From positions 1 to 64,000 of the forward strand of contig NIVC01003983.1 in NCBI GenBank assembly GCA_002269645.1: 64,000 nucleotides of DNA, in the 5' to 3' direction. Numbering within the stretch: the first letter of the stretch is position 1; every line of letters starts with the position of its first letter. The position numbers and the translations under genes are program-made. Below are positions 34,436 through 48,300 of this stretch, piece by piece. The notes under the pieces are model-generated. The model was not told where the DNA came from and searched no databases. It saw nothing but the letters and a program-made list of their open reading frames with translations. The DNA is from Macrostomum lignano (taxonomy: Eukaryota).

Positions 34436-36386
34436 ACAACAACTGTTAACAGTGCGGCGCCTTGTTCTGGGAATGCCTCGACGAGTGAACTTTGTGCACG
34501 TCCGTGATTGCTGCATGTACTCGAATACCCGTTATTGATGCCCTTCGGACATGTACACAGCGTGGGACATGGGCATGGACTTGTTTCGCTGTTCATTATT
34601 TGCTGCTTTGCTTTTTTATTGTCTATGGCCCAAACATAGCCGAAAAACTTTTCAATCACTTATCGATCAATCACCTCTTGGCCGGCTGACGAGGACATTT
34701 TTCATGTTTCAGACTCTACAGTCTAATTCAAGTGTTTCACAGCTTTGGAACTCACAATTCAATTAAGCTTATGCAGATTGGAGGCGGATTAAGACTTCGA
34801 CAATGGAGCGTGGGTCCAAGAAATCCATTAATTCGTTAGTCAACCGGGTTTAATTTATTGTACGAGCTGTGAGACTAAATTGATCCGTTTAGAAACCTAT
34901 TGGAGGAATTTCACGAAATTAACAGTGAAAATTCCTATCAGCTGGACTGCAGCTCCACTTCTGACTCAACTAAGAACTCTAGTTGCTTTCATTAATATAT
35001 TGCTGATCCGTTTCTTTGCTAAAGAAGTTGTCCAATAACAGAAGTTCGATTTGTCGTAATTGCTTCAAAGTCGGCATATCTGCCATCTGGTGAATTGCAA
35101 TATCTGCTCGTATTATAGCAATGGAATTGAATATTGGTAAAATCCTACTGTTCCTACCCGGCCGTCCGTCCTCCCTTGCATTGGTCAGGCTCGATCGGGT
35201 CTCAATTGTTTATGAAGTTTCTAAGCTATCTGTCGCATAAGAGCCTAACTGTAATAATGTAAACTTGAGTTTTTCGAAAGCTACACGTGCAGATGAACAT
35301 GCAGATCAAAGTTTAAAACTGCTAAGTTAGATTTGCAGTACATAATATTATCATTTAATGAGAAAGAGCTGCAGATGATTTAAAAAATGGCGCCCATGCA
35401 GACCAGGCCAGTTTCTATTTGTTTTGATTAAATTTGCGTACTTTTACAACGTCTGTACGTACATGTAAATGACCTGAAACATGACACAAATATAATTAAG
35501 GATTCCACCCTTTGGTCCTACACGTACGTAGTACATGTCATCTACAGTACAGGGCTTGTACATGCGTTGCCGTTGCAGCTTCAAGTCCAGAGACGATCTG
35601 CCACACAAAATTTAGTTTAAATTCCAAACACAACAAGAACAAAAGCAATCGTTTTTGAGTAAATCCTATACCCTTCGGCGATTTTCTATGTGCATGCATA
35701 GTATAAAGTACTTTAGAAATTAGTATAGAGCAATATAGTAGAGGATACTGGACAGCTCGCGTTATATGAAAATGCTATTCGTTCGATTTGAAAATTTCTT
35801 AGTGACACATGAATGAGCTAATTCTGCAAGTTTAATTCATTTGCCTGCCATTATTGTAATTCAAAATGAGTTTTAGTTACTAATTAGGTCATACATTCAA
35901 TTTAGTCCGCCAATGTAATAATTAATTTGTTCGACGAAATGTAAAAATAGGAAAAATAAGAATAAAAATATAGACTATGTTAATAATAAAAAATTGTGTA
36001 ATTAAACTGAAAAATAAACCTAAAAAACTAGAGTTGAGCTGAAATATTTCGAACTGAATTAGTTCTATAAAATTTGTTATAGCGCTCAATGTAGCTTTTT
36101 GTTTTTAAAAGTTGGCAAAAAGTATTTCGTTTTTGATTCGATTAAGATCATGTTCAATCGATCATTCATTTTTAACCTTTATCTATTGGAAATATGTATC
36201 CATTTCATTAAGCAGCTGCCCTACCAGTTGGTCATATAAACTATACTAAAAGTTTTCTATCTCATGTAATGCTAAGCAACTAAGCAACTTTGTGATTGGA
36301 TGCATCGTATATGATTGTTAAGAAGATTCGTTCTACCATTTAACTTACATCCTTTTACTTTAATTAGGCCTAACAGTAAATCAAAT

Positions 36387-39300
36387 ATGGCTGTAAATGC
36401 TAATCAACTTTCGGATCTCCAGCTTAGAGAAATGCTGACAAAAAGAAATGTCCCTGTTGGACTTATTGATGGTTCTACTAGGCAGAGATATAAAAACCGT
36501 CTTCAAAAGCTGCTGGATTCTGAGTTTAAAAAGCCAAATGCTGTACCACAGGTAAATAATTTGTTTTGATTACAAAATTAAAGACTATGTTGCTTTTGGG
36601 CATATTGAGCATTTTTGTTATGAACAATTTACTATTACTAGGCCTACTGATAGAGTGTTAGGCCCTACAATCTACATTGAATTTTCAATATCTTTTTTTG
36701 TTATAAGTCCCATGGCCATGCTTGGGCACAACCTAGGGATTCACCTGGCTGTTTCTATTGGCAACACACACATGTAAGTCACTATTGGACAGAATATAGT
36801 CATGTGACTACTCTCAGCCAATAGCGACTTACATGTGTATGTTGCCAATAGAAATGGCTGAGTGATTCCCCAGGTTGCGCATGTATGAATAAGTCCTAAA
36901 TAAAATTAGGGACTCCAATAAGATTTTTTAAATAGAAAAAATATAAGAATGTTTGCTCTCAATTGTATAGATCTTATCAATGTTGCATATCCAGTTAAGG
37001 AACGTTTGGTTCCAAGGAAAGTAATTTCTATCACTGTTTCTAATAGGATTACAGTCATTTTGGTAATAAGACATTTTGGTATAGTCATTTTGGGGATAAG
37101 CAAATGTCATTTTGGTAACAAAAAGAAGACCCTTTTGGTGACTAATAGCTATTGTGTTTTTAAGAATAAAATTATATTGCTAATCCTCATTAAATAAAAA
37201 CTAAAATTTTAGATTTCTAGAACAGTAAAGTATTGATTTATTTATTTTGTTTATTTATTTGTTTATTTGTTTGCAAGGGTTGCACTTGCAATCTTTTATA
37301 TTTATTGTACTTTTTTTTCAGTTTTTTGAAACCCTGTTTTTCTTTGCAGTGGGCATTTCATGATGAGGATCCTCATATAAACATAAAGTTCTAGTCTAGG
37401 TTTATATGTTTGAATATTCTGGGAAAAATTCAAAATGAGCTGCACAAAAAACAATATATTAGTTTGACATATTATTTTTAGAGGCCAATTTTCAAATGTT
37501 GATTCTGACTTCAAAATTATGTATGGAAATAATTTTAAGCTAATAGATTTTTAAGTTTATATGGGTAATTCTAGTTTCTTTTCTAGTACTCTTATTATTA
37601 TTTTACTACTTTTTACTAGCTACTTATATAAATTGTATAAAATTGATTAGGTGTTATATTATTATTTATCACTTTTTATCCTTTTGCCTTGAAACTAACA
37701 AAAGAACTTTAAAGATCTTTTCTATTAATTGCATTAAAGATAAAACCAAAATAGGACTCAATTATTGAATTTCCATTTATTGATCAATTGTAGATAAATC
37801 CATTATGACTGGGATATTACAATGCAATATTAGAAAATTGAAAATCATAGTAGCTAGCTATAGACTTAATAAGGTGATCTGCCTGTAAAACTATTTAATT
37901 GGATGTTTATATGAAATCTAGCTTTAAATAACATTAATTATTCTAGCTTATTTATATTTGAAAGAAAATTTGTTTCAGATTCTTATACTTATAAAGAATT
38001 ATACTTATTCCATAGTCTTTTATGCTGAAAACTTGGTATATTTTTATTACTTATATTTGGCTTAATAATAAATGCCTAGCAATAGACTGGGGTTAATGAC
38101 AGCCATCAGGGAATATGGCCAATGTACCAAGGGATATATAGCTTCATTGTGCAAAAGCCTAAAGCACGTTTCAACTATTTGTGCCTTAAAATGCTTAGGT
38201 AGGTGAATAAGTAGACCTGTTTGGCTTTAATGTTGTTTCAATTGGTTCTTGAACTGATGTATGAAACATTCAATATTGAACTCCTGTCCAATCAATTCTT
38301 TATGAAAATTCCCACAGGCGAATGCGTCGCCTGCCACTGCAAATCGGGCCAGCACCCGCGGCGTAGCAGCGGCCGCGGCCGCCACGCCAACCGCTGCGTC
38401 CACTCGGCAGACTCCTCAGCAGCAGCAGCGGCAGGCTCAGCGCACTCCACCACCAGGCCCCGTGGCCTCCTTTAGCTCAGACGAGGCCGACCTGAGCCAG
38501 GCTGAGGATCGGCCCGGCTCAGCCTCGCTGCGTCAGCGCCGGCGACATACCCCCGCTGTACCGCGAACCAGCGTCGCGCCGACACCACCGACGCCGGCGT
38601 CGCGTAGAGCCACGGCGGCGGCAGCAGCGACACCAACTGCTCAGCAGCGACGCAGTCGAGGACGGAAGTCGGCTGCTTTGAACACGTCGACTAGCCTGTT
38701 GCAGGACGACTCGGAGTCTGATGCGCCGATGCCGCGGCTGCTGCCAACTCAGCCGCCGCCGCCTCCGTCTCAGTTGGCCGACGTCGTCGCGACGACCGCC
38801 TGGACGTGTCCGATGTCGAGGAGCCGCCGCCAGTTTCAGCGGCCAGCAGAGTCAGCAATGGCCGGCGTAGAACTGACGGATTTCCAAGTACGGGCGGTCG
38901 GTGAACAACTACTGGGCCATGGTGCCGAATTTCATGCTGCTTGGCGCGCTGCTTTTAGTCATCATTATTGGCGGCTATTTTATCACCGAGCAGAATAGGC
39001 TGGCCAAGGCTAGGCAACTAGAGGAGCTGCAGCGCATTGTCTGCCAGATAAAGGAATTGCAGGTAAGATCACTTAGTAATTTGTCTTCTTACCAGATCCT
39101 GAGATAGGTCATTCTTAACCCTTCAGATCCTCAGATTGGTCATTCTTCACCCTCCCAGATCCTCAGATTGGTCATTCTCAATTCTCCCAGATCCTCAGAT
39201 TGGTCATTCTTCACCCTCCCAGATCCTCAGATTGGTCATTCTCAATTCTCCCAGATCCTCAGATTGGTCATTCTCAATTCTCTCAGATCCTCAGATTGAT

Positions 39301-42300
39301 CATTCTCAATTCTCCCAGATCCTCAGATTGATCATTCTTCATTCTGCCGATTCAAATTGAATCATTTATCCAACATTCTCCGATTCAAAGTCATTCTTAC
39401 TAAATACCCTTCCAGATATTTAAATTTAGCATGCTCATCCTCCTCAGATCCTTCAGATCAGACTAGGCATTGTGTCAATCTTATTCTCCCCATCACACTC
39501 ACATCCTCAGCAGGTGGTCAGAAGCTAGAGTGCATCCCGGACCAGCCCGGACTCATGCAGGCAGTTAAGCTAGCCAGGCCATTGCTAGATCAGCTAGCCA
39601 GAATGCGAGGCGACGCCGAGTGCAACGGCGGCGAGTCAAACTACCGGCTTCACAGGCAGAGCGTAGTGAGCCTGCTTACCAACAGCGTCTCGGGCCTGCT
39701 GGTGAATGAAACAGACGTTAGTAATCTCATTGCTTTGGCTATCCGAGCTCCGCGTCTTGGCATCCTGGCATTGAGAGATTCGACGTCGACAGACTCCGAC
39801 GTTGTCACTAAGGTCGAGGATTGCGGCTATCTGGCTGCTGCCGAGGGTCGGCGCAGCATCAGCTGTCGTAGCCGCCTGCTGGCCTGGAGCGCCCTGGCCT
39901 CCATAGGCCGGCTGGCAGCCTCTCTAATCTATGCGGCTGTCGGCCTAGCTGGCCTGGCTTGCCTCGCCTATCTGCTAGTCTACGCTGTGCGGCTCAGGCG
40001 GCGACGCGAGGCTGCACTGGTTGATGCTACAGACCAGGTTGGTGGAGCTGCCAAATTTACTTTTGATTTGCCGCCTCCCCAGTCTTTGTCTTTGATAGGC
40101 CGCCTTCCCCAGTCCCTATCTTTAATATGCGCTTTCCCCAGTCCTTATCTTTGATATGCCGCCTTCCCCAGTCCTTATCTTTGATATGCCGCCTTCCCCA
40201 GTCCTTATCTTTGATATGCCGCCTTCCCCAGTCCTTATCTTTGATATGCCGCCTTCCCCAGTCCTTATCTTTGATATGCCGCTTCCCCCAGTCTTTATCT
40301 TTGATATGCCGCCTTCCCCAGTCTTTATCTTTGATATGCCGCCTTCCCCAGTCCTTATCTTTGATATGCCGCTTCCCCCAGTCTTTATCTTTGATATGCC
40401 GCCTTCCCAGTCTTTATCTTTGATATGCCGCCTTCCCCAGTCCTTATCTTTGATATGCCGCCTTCCCCAGTCTTTATCTTTGATATGCCGCCTTCCCCAG
40501 TCCTTATCTTTGATATGCCGCCTTCCCCAGTCCTTATCTTTGATATGCCGCTTCCCCCAGTCTTTATCTTTGATATGCCGCCTTCCCCAGTCGCGCCTCT
40601 CTCCCCGATCTGAACCCTCCAAGGTGCTGCTGCATCTACTAACCGCCGAGTCCGGCGTCCCAGTCGACGAAGTCCGCGCCGAGCTGCAGCGATCGGCGTC
40701 CTCGACAGCGTCAACTGGGACCGCTTGCGCGAACGAATCGTCGCCCGCGAGCGCCGAATCCTCATTGAGGAGAGCATCCGCGTGGCGAAGTCTGGCGCCT
40801 TCGTCCTGGCGAAGCGGAAGCCCTGCGCGCTCGCGGAATCGGCGCCGGCTCTGCTGTTGGCGGCGCCGCGGCCAATTTTGCTAGCGGCGGCAGCGCCGGA
40901 GTGGCGCGCGGCTGGCAAGGCTCCGTGCTAGCTGAAAGCGGCCGCTCCATGCCGCAGGTTGAGCCGCCAACACAGTGCTTGAAACTGCGCGGCATGTGGA
41001 GCCCGGACAATGGCCAGTGCGACAAGGCCAGGCTAGCCGCCGAGCTGGCCCGCAAAGCGCCGCAGGACTCGATCCTTCACGTGGACTCGTTGGCCATGGG
41101 CGGCGAAGGCTTTGTTTACGCCCTGTTCCGGTCAAAGAAAGACGCCGGCGTCACTAGGAATGCGGTGCACGCGCACTTCTTCGATGGTGAGGTTCATTTT
41201 ATTTTTAAAGAAATACGCTCGTAGACAAAATGCCTGGCGACCTAGGGGAATTCTCTTTGAACCCTCTTAACAACTAAGCTGTTTCATAGAAACCCCCCCT
41301 CCGCCTAACTGGATTGAAATGAGAAAGAATGTGAAATTCGAATAGCATAGACGGGGCGGATAGCCACGCCAGTAACCATGTCTATGCAACAGTGAGTGAC
41401 CTAGGCAAAGCGTGTCAAAGGACAAGCGGCCATTCTTAACGTCTGCTAGTAGTGTCGGTTAGTTAGACACGAGCAAATGACGCCAGTGAGAGAGAGGCCC
41501 TAGTTTACTAATATTAGCCAGGATCTTTTGATGTCTGACGTTCTGGCAGCGGCGCAGCGGGGTGCGGGGCGGGGAGGCCGAGAGTATAGAAGAGTAATAA
41601 TGAGGGTTCTGGCTTTTTGTCTGGATAAGCCATGGAGAGCTAGAACCGGAACTTGGAGTGACAGCTATTCTCCAAGCCCCTCCCATTTTTATAAAACTCG
41701 GCAGTTTTTTTCTCACTCCAAGTTCTAGAACGACTGCCTGTTTTTCAACAATGCATTCTTACGCTCGTGCTAGGCCTTACGTTAGGGTGCCCCCTGCTGC
41801 TCTGATGGTCTCTTTTTACTGCTCTATGTTTGGCATTTTGTGCGTGCGTGTGTGTGTGTACCCCAACGTTCAACAGATTTGTTATGTTGAAAGTATTTTC
41901 GGCAATTTAACCTCAAGTGCCCCCCGCCGCCGCCCTCCTATCTCTCTTGCTTGGACGCTGCAGCTTATGATTAAGATTTGAAATTTCAAGCTTCGAAGAG
42001 TCGAAATTTCTAGTATTTTAATTGATTTCTTTACTTTTTATTTTATAGTTGAAGTTCCTTTCTATTAATGTTATGCAAGTTTACAGGTAGGGACAGTTTA
42101 CTGTTATGCAAGTTTACAGGTAGGGACAGTTTACTGTTATGCAAGTTTACAGGTAGGGACAGTTTACTGTTATGCAAGTTTACAGGTAGGGACAGTTTAC
42201 TGTTATGCAAGTTTACAGGTAGGGACAGTTTACTGTTATACAAGTTTACAGGTAGGGACAGTTTACTGTTATACAAGTTTACAGGTAGGAACAGTTTACT

Positions 42301-45300
42301 GTTATGCAAGTTTACAGGTAGGGACAGTTTACTGTTATGCAAGTTTACAGGTAGGGACAGTTTACTGTTATACAAGTTTACAGGTAGGGACAGTTTACTG
42401 TTATACAAGTTTACAGGTAGGGACAGTTTACTGTTATACAAGTTTACAGGTAGGGACAGTTTACTGTTATGCAAGTTTACAGGTAGGGACAGTTTACTGT
42501 TATACAAGTTTACAGGTAGGGACAGTTTACTGTTATACAAGTTTACAGGTAGGGACAGTTTACTGTTATACAAGTTTACAGGTAGGGACAGTTTACTGTT
42601 ATGCAAGTTTACAGGTAGGGACAGTTTACTGTTATACAAGTTTACAGGTAGGGACAGTTTACTGTTATGCAAGTTCACAGGTAGGGACAGTTTACTGTTA
42701 TACAAGTTTACAGGTAGGGACAGTTTACTGTTATGCAAGTTCACAGGTAGGGACAGTTTACTGTTATACAAGTTTACAGGTAGGGACAGTTTACTGTTAT
42801 GCAAGTTCACAGGTAGGGACAGTTTACTGTTATACAAGTTTACAGGTAGGGACAGTTTACTGTTATACAAGTTTACAGGTAGGGACAGTTTACTGTTATG
42901 CAAGTTTACAGGTAGGAACAGTTTACTGTTATACAAGTTTACAGGTAGGGACAGTTTACTGTTATGCAAGTTTACAGGTAGAGACAGTTTACTGTTATGC
43001 AAGTTTACAGGTAGGGACAGTTTACTGTTATGCAAGTTTACAGGTAGGAACAGTTTACTGTTATACAAGTTTACAGGTAGGGACAGTTTACTGTTATGCA
43101 AGTTTACAGGTAGAGACAGTTTACTGTTATGCAAGTTTACAGGTAGGGACAGTTTACTGTTATGCAAGTTTACAGGTAGAGACAGTTTACTGTTATGCAA
43201 GTTTACAGGTAGGGACAGTTTACTGTTATGCAAGTTTACAGGTAGGGACAGTTTACTGTTATGCAAGTTTACAGGTAGGGACAGTTTACTGTTATGCAAG
43301 TTTACAGGTAGGAACAGTTTACTGTTATACAAGTTTACAGGTAGGGACAGTTTACTGTTATGCAAGTTTACAGGTAGGGACAGTTTACTGTTATGCAAGT
43401 TTACAGGTAGAGACAGTTTACTGTTATGCAAGTTTACAGGTAGGGACAGTTTACTGTTATGCAAGTTTACAGGTAGGGACAGTTTACTGTTATGCAAGTT
43501 TACAGGTAGGGACAGTTTACTGTTATGCAAGTTTACAGGTAGAGACAGTTTACTGTTATGCAAGTTTACAGGTAGGGACAGTTTACTGTTATGCAAGTTT
43601 ACAGGTAGGGACAGTTTACTGTTATGCAAGTTTACAGGTAGGGACAGTTTACTGTTATGCAAGTTCACAGGTAGGGACAGTTTACTGTTATGCAAGCTTA
43701 CAGGTAGGGACAGTTTACTGTTATGCAAGCTTACAGGTAGGGACAGTTTACTGTTATGCAAGTTTACAGGTAGGGACAGTTTACTGTTATGCAAGCTTAC
43801 AGGTAGGGACAGTTTACTGTTATGCAAGCTTACAGGTAGGGACAGTTTACTGTTATGCAAGCTTACAGGTAGGGACAGTTTACTGTTATGCAAGCTTACA
43901 GGTAGGGACAGTTTACTGTTATGCAAGCTTACAGGTAGGGACAGTTTACTGTTATGCAAGTTTACAGGTAGGGACAGTTTACTGTTATGCAAGCTTACAG
44001 GTAGGGACAGTTTACTGTTATGCAAGCTTACAGGTAGGGACAGTTTACTGTTATGCAAGTTTACAGGTAGGGACAGTTTACTGTTATGCAAGTTTACAGG
44101 TAGGGACAGTTTACTGTTATGCAAGTTTACAGGTAGAGACAGTTTACTGTTATGCAAGTTTACAGGTAGGGACAGTTTACTGTTATGCAAGTTTACAGGT
44201 AGGGACAGTTTACTGTTATGCAAGTTTACAGGTAGGGACAGTTTACTGTTATGCAAGTTTACAGGTAGAGACAGTTTACTGTTATGCAAGTTTACAGGTA
44301 GGGACAGTTTACTGTTATGCAAGTTTACAGGTAGGGACAGTTTACTGTTATGCAAGTTTACAGGTAGGGACAGTTTACTGTTATGCAAGTTTACAGGTAG
44401 GGACAGTTTACTGTTATGCAAGTTCACAGGTAGGGACAGTTTACTGTTATGCAAGCTTACAGGTAGGGACAGTTTACTGTTATGCAAGCTTACAGGTAGG
44501 GACAGTTTACTGTTATGCAAGTTTACAGGTAGGGACAGTTTACTGTTATGCAAGCTTACAGGTAGGGACAGTTTACTGTTATGCAAGCTTACAGGTAGGG
44601 ACAGTTTACTGTTATGCAAGCTTACAGGTAGGGACAGTTTACTGTTATGCAAGCTTACAGGTAGGGACAGTTTACTGTTATGCAAGCTTACAGGTAGGGA
44701 CAGTTTACTGTTATGCAAGTTTACAGGTAGGGACAGTTTACTGTTATGCAAGCTTACAGGTAGGGACAGTTTACTGTTATGCAAGCTTACAGGTAGGGAC
44801 AGTTTACTGTTATGCAAGCTTACAGGTAGGGACAGTTTACTGTTATGCAAGTTTACAGGTAGGGACAGTTTACTGTTATGCAAGTTTACAGGTAGGGACA
44901 GTTTACTGTTATGCAAGCTTACAGGTAGGGACAGTTTACTGTTATGCAAGCTTACAGGTAGGGACAGTTTACTGTTATGCAAGCTTACAGGTAGGGACAG
45001 TTTACTGTTATACAAGTTTACAGGTAGGGACAGTTTACTGTTATGCAAGCTTACAGGTAGGGACAGTTTACTGTTATACAAGTTTACAGGTAGGGACAGT
45101 TTACTGTTATGCAAGTTTACAGGTAGGGACAGTTTACTGTTATGCAAGTTTACAGGTAGAGACAGTTTACTGTTATGCAAGTTTACAGGTAGGGACAGTT
45201 TACTGTTATGCAAGCTTACAGGTAGGGACAGTTTACTGTTATGCAAGCTTACAGGTAGGGACAGTTTACTGTTATGCAAGTTTACAGGTAGGGACAGTTT

Positions 45301-48300
45301 ACTGTTATGCAAGTTTACAGGTAGGGACAGTTTACTGTTATGCAAGTTTACAGGTAGGGACAGTTTACTGTTATACAAGTTTACAGGTAGGGACAGTTTA
45401 CTGTTATGCAAGCTTACAGGTAGAGACAGTTTACTGTTATGCAAGTTTACAGGTAGGGGCAGTTTACTGTTATGCAAGCTTACAGGTAGGGACAGTTTAC
45501 TGTTATGCAAGTTTACAGGTAGGGACAGTTTACTGTTATGCAAGTTCACAGGTAGGGACAGTTTACTGTTATGCAAGCTTACAGGTAGGGACAGTTTACT
45601 GTTATACAAGTTTACAGGTAGGGACAGTTTACTGTTATGCAAGCTTACAGGTAGGGACAGTTTACTGTTATGCAAGTTTACAGGTAGGGGCAGTTTACTG
45701 TTATGCAAGCTTACAGGTAGGGACAGTTTACTGTTATGCAAGCTTACAGGTAGGGACAGTTTACTGTTATGCAAGTTTACAGGTAGGGACAGTTTACTGT
45801 TATACAAGTTTACAGGTAGAGACAGTTTACTGTTATGCAAGTTTACAGGTAGGGGCAGTTTACTGTTATGCAAGCTTACAGGTAGGGACAGTTTACTGTT
45901 ATGCAAGTTTACAGGTAGGGACAGTTTACTGTTATGCAAGTTTACAGGTAGGGACAGTTTACTGTTATGCAAGCTTACAGGTAGGGACAGTTTACTGTTA
46001 TGCAAGCTTACAGGTAGGGACAGTTTACTGTTATGCAAGTTTACAGGTAGGGACAGTTTACTGTTATACAAGTTTACAGGTAGAGACAGTTTACTGTTAT
46101 GCAAGTTTACAGGTAGGGGCAGTTTACTGTTATGCAAGCTTACAGGTAGGGACAGTTTACTGTTATGCAAGTTTACAGGTAGGGACAGTTTACTGTTATG
46201 CAAGTTTACAGGTAGGGACAGTTTACTGTTATGCAAGCTTACAGGTAGGGACAGTTTACTGTTATGCAAGCTTACAGGTAGGGACAGTTTACTGTTATAC
46301 AAGTTTACAGGTAGAGACAGTTTACTGTTATGCAAGTTTACAGGTAGGGGCAGTTTACTGTTATGCAAGCTTACAGGTAGGGACAGTTTACTGTTATGCA
46401 AGTTTACAGGTAGGGACAGTTTACTGTTATACAAGTTTACAGGTAGAGACAGTTTACTGTTATGCAAGTTTACAGGTAGGGACAGTTTACTGTTATGCAA
46501 GTTTACAGGTAGGGACAGTTTACTGTTATGCAAGTTTACAGGTAGGGACAGTTTACTGTTATGCAAGTTTACAGGTAGGGACAGTTTACTGTTATGCAAG
46601 TTTACAGGTAGGGACAGTTTACTGTTATGCAAGCTTACAGGTAGAGACAGTTTACTGTTATACAAGTTTACAGGTAGGGACAGTTTACTGTTATGCAAGT
46701 TTACAGGTAGGGACAGTTTACTGTTATGCAAGTTTACAGGTAGGGACAGTTTACTGTTATGCAAGCTTACAGGTAGAGACAGTTTACTGTTATGCAAGTT
46801 TACAGGTAGGGACAGTTTACTGTTATGCAAGCTTACAGGTAGGGACAGTTTACTGTTATGCAAGCTTACAGGTAGGGACAGTTTACTGTTATGCAAGTTT
46901 ACAGGTAGGGACAGTTTACTGTTATGCAAGTTTACAGGTAGGGACAGTTTACTGTTATGCAAGTTTACAGGTAGGGACAGTTTACTGTTATGCAAGTTTA
47001 CAGGTAGGGACAGTTTACTGTTATGCAAGTTTACAGGTAGGGACAGTTTACTGTTATGCAAGTTTACAGGTAGGGACAGTTTACTGTTATACAAGTTTAC
47101 AGGTAGGGACAGTTTACTGTTATGCAAGTTTACAGGTAGGGACAGTTTACTGTTATGCAAGTTTACAGGTAGGGACAGTTTACTGTTATGCAAGTTTACA
47201 GGTAGGGACAGTTTACTGTTATGCAAGTTTACAGGTAGGGACAGTTTACTGTTATGCAAGTTTACAGGTAGGGACAGTTTACTGTTATGCAAGTTTACAG
47301 GTAGGGACAGTTTACTGTTATACAAGTTTACAGGTAGGGACAGTTTACTGTTATGCAAGTTTACAGGTAGGGACAGTTTACTGTTATGCAAGTTTACAGG
47401 TAGGGACAGTTTACTGTTATGCAAGCTTACAGGTAGGGACAGTTTACTGTTATGCAAGCTTACAGGTAGGGACAGTTTACTGTTATGCAAGTTTACAGGT
47501 AGGGACAGTTTACTGTTATGCAAGTTTACAGGTAGGGACAGTTTACTGTTATGCAAGTTTACAGGTAGGGACAGTTTACTGTTATGCAAGCTTACAGGTA
47601 GGGACAGTTTACTGTTATGCAAGCTTACAGGTAGGGACAGTTTACTGTTATGCAAGTTTACAGGTAGGGACAGTTTACTGTTATGCAAGTTTACAGGTAG
47701 GGACAGTTTACTGTTATGCAAGCTTACAGGTAGGGACAGTTTACTGTTATGCAAGTTTACAGGTAGGGACAGTTTACTGTTATGCAAGTTTACAGGTAGG
47801 GACAGTTTACTGTTATGCAAGTTTACAGGTAGAGACAGTTTACTGTTATGCAAGTTTACAGGTAGGGACAGTTTACTGTTATGCAAGCTTACAGGTAGGG
47901 ACAGTTTACTGTTATGCAAGTTTACAGGTAGGGACAGTTTACTGTTATGCAAGTTTACAGGTAGGGACAGTTTACTGTTATGCAAGCTTACAGGTAGGGA
48001 CAGTTTACTGTTATGCAAGTTTACAGGTAGGGACAGTTTACTGTTATGCAAGTTTACAGGTAGGGACAGTTTACTGTTATACAAGTTTACAGGTAGGGAC
48101 AGTTTACTGTTATGCAAGTTTACAGGTAGGGACAGTTTACTGTTATGCAAGCTTACAGGTAGGGACAGTTTACTGTTATGCAAGTTTACAGGTAGGGACA
48201 GTTTACTGTTATGCAAGCTTACAGGTAGGGACAGTTTACTGTTATACAAGTTTACAGGTAGAGACAGTTTACTGTTATGCAAGTTTACAGGTAGGGACAG

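Noticed and set aside
38867-38888. 22-nt GT-CTGAC-AG micro-intron that would repair the MAN1 exon 2 frame; also an 11-nt one at 40698-40708
   Set aside because: These are below the usual metazoan minimum intron size; one-base homopolymer deletions explain all five breaks more simply.
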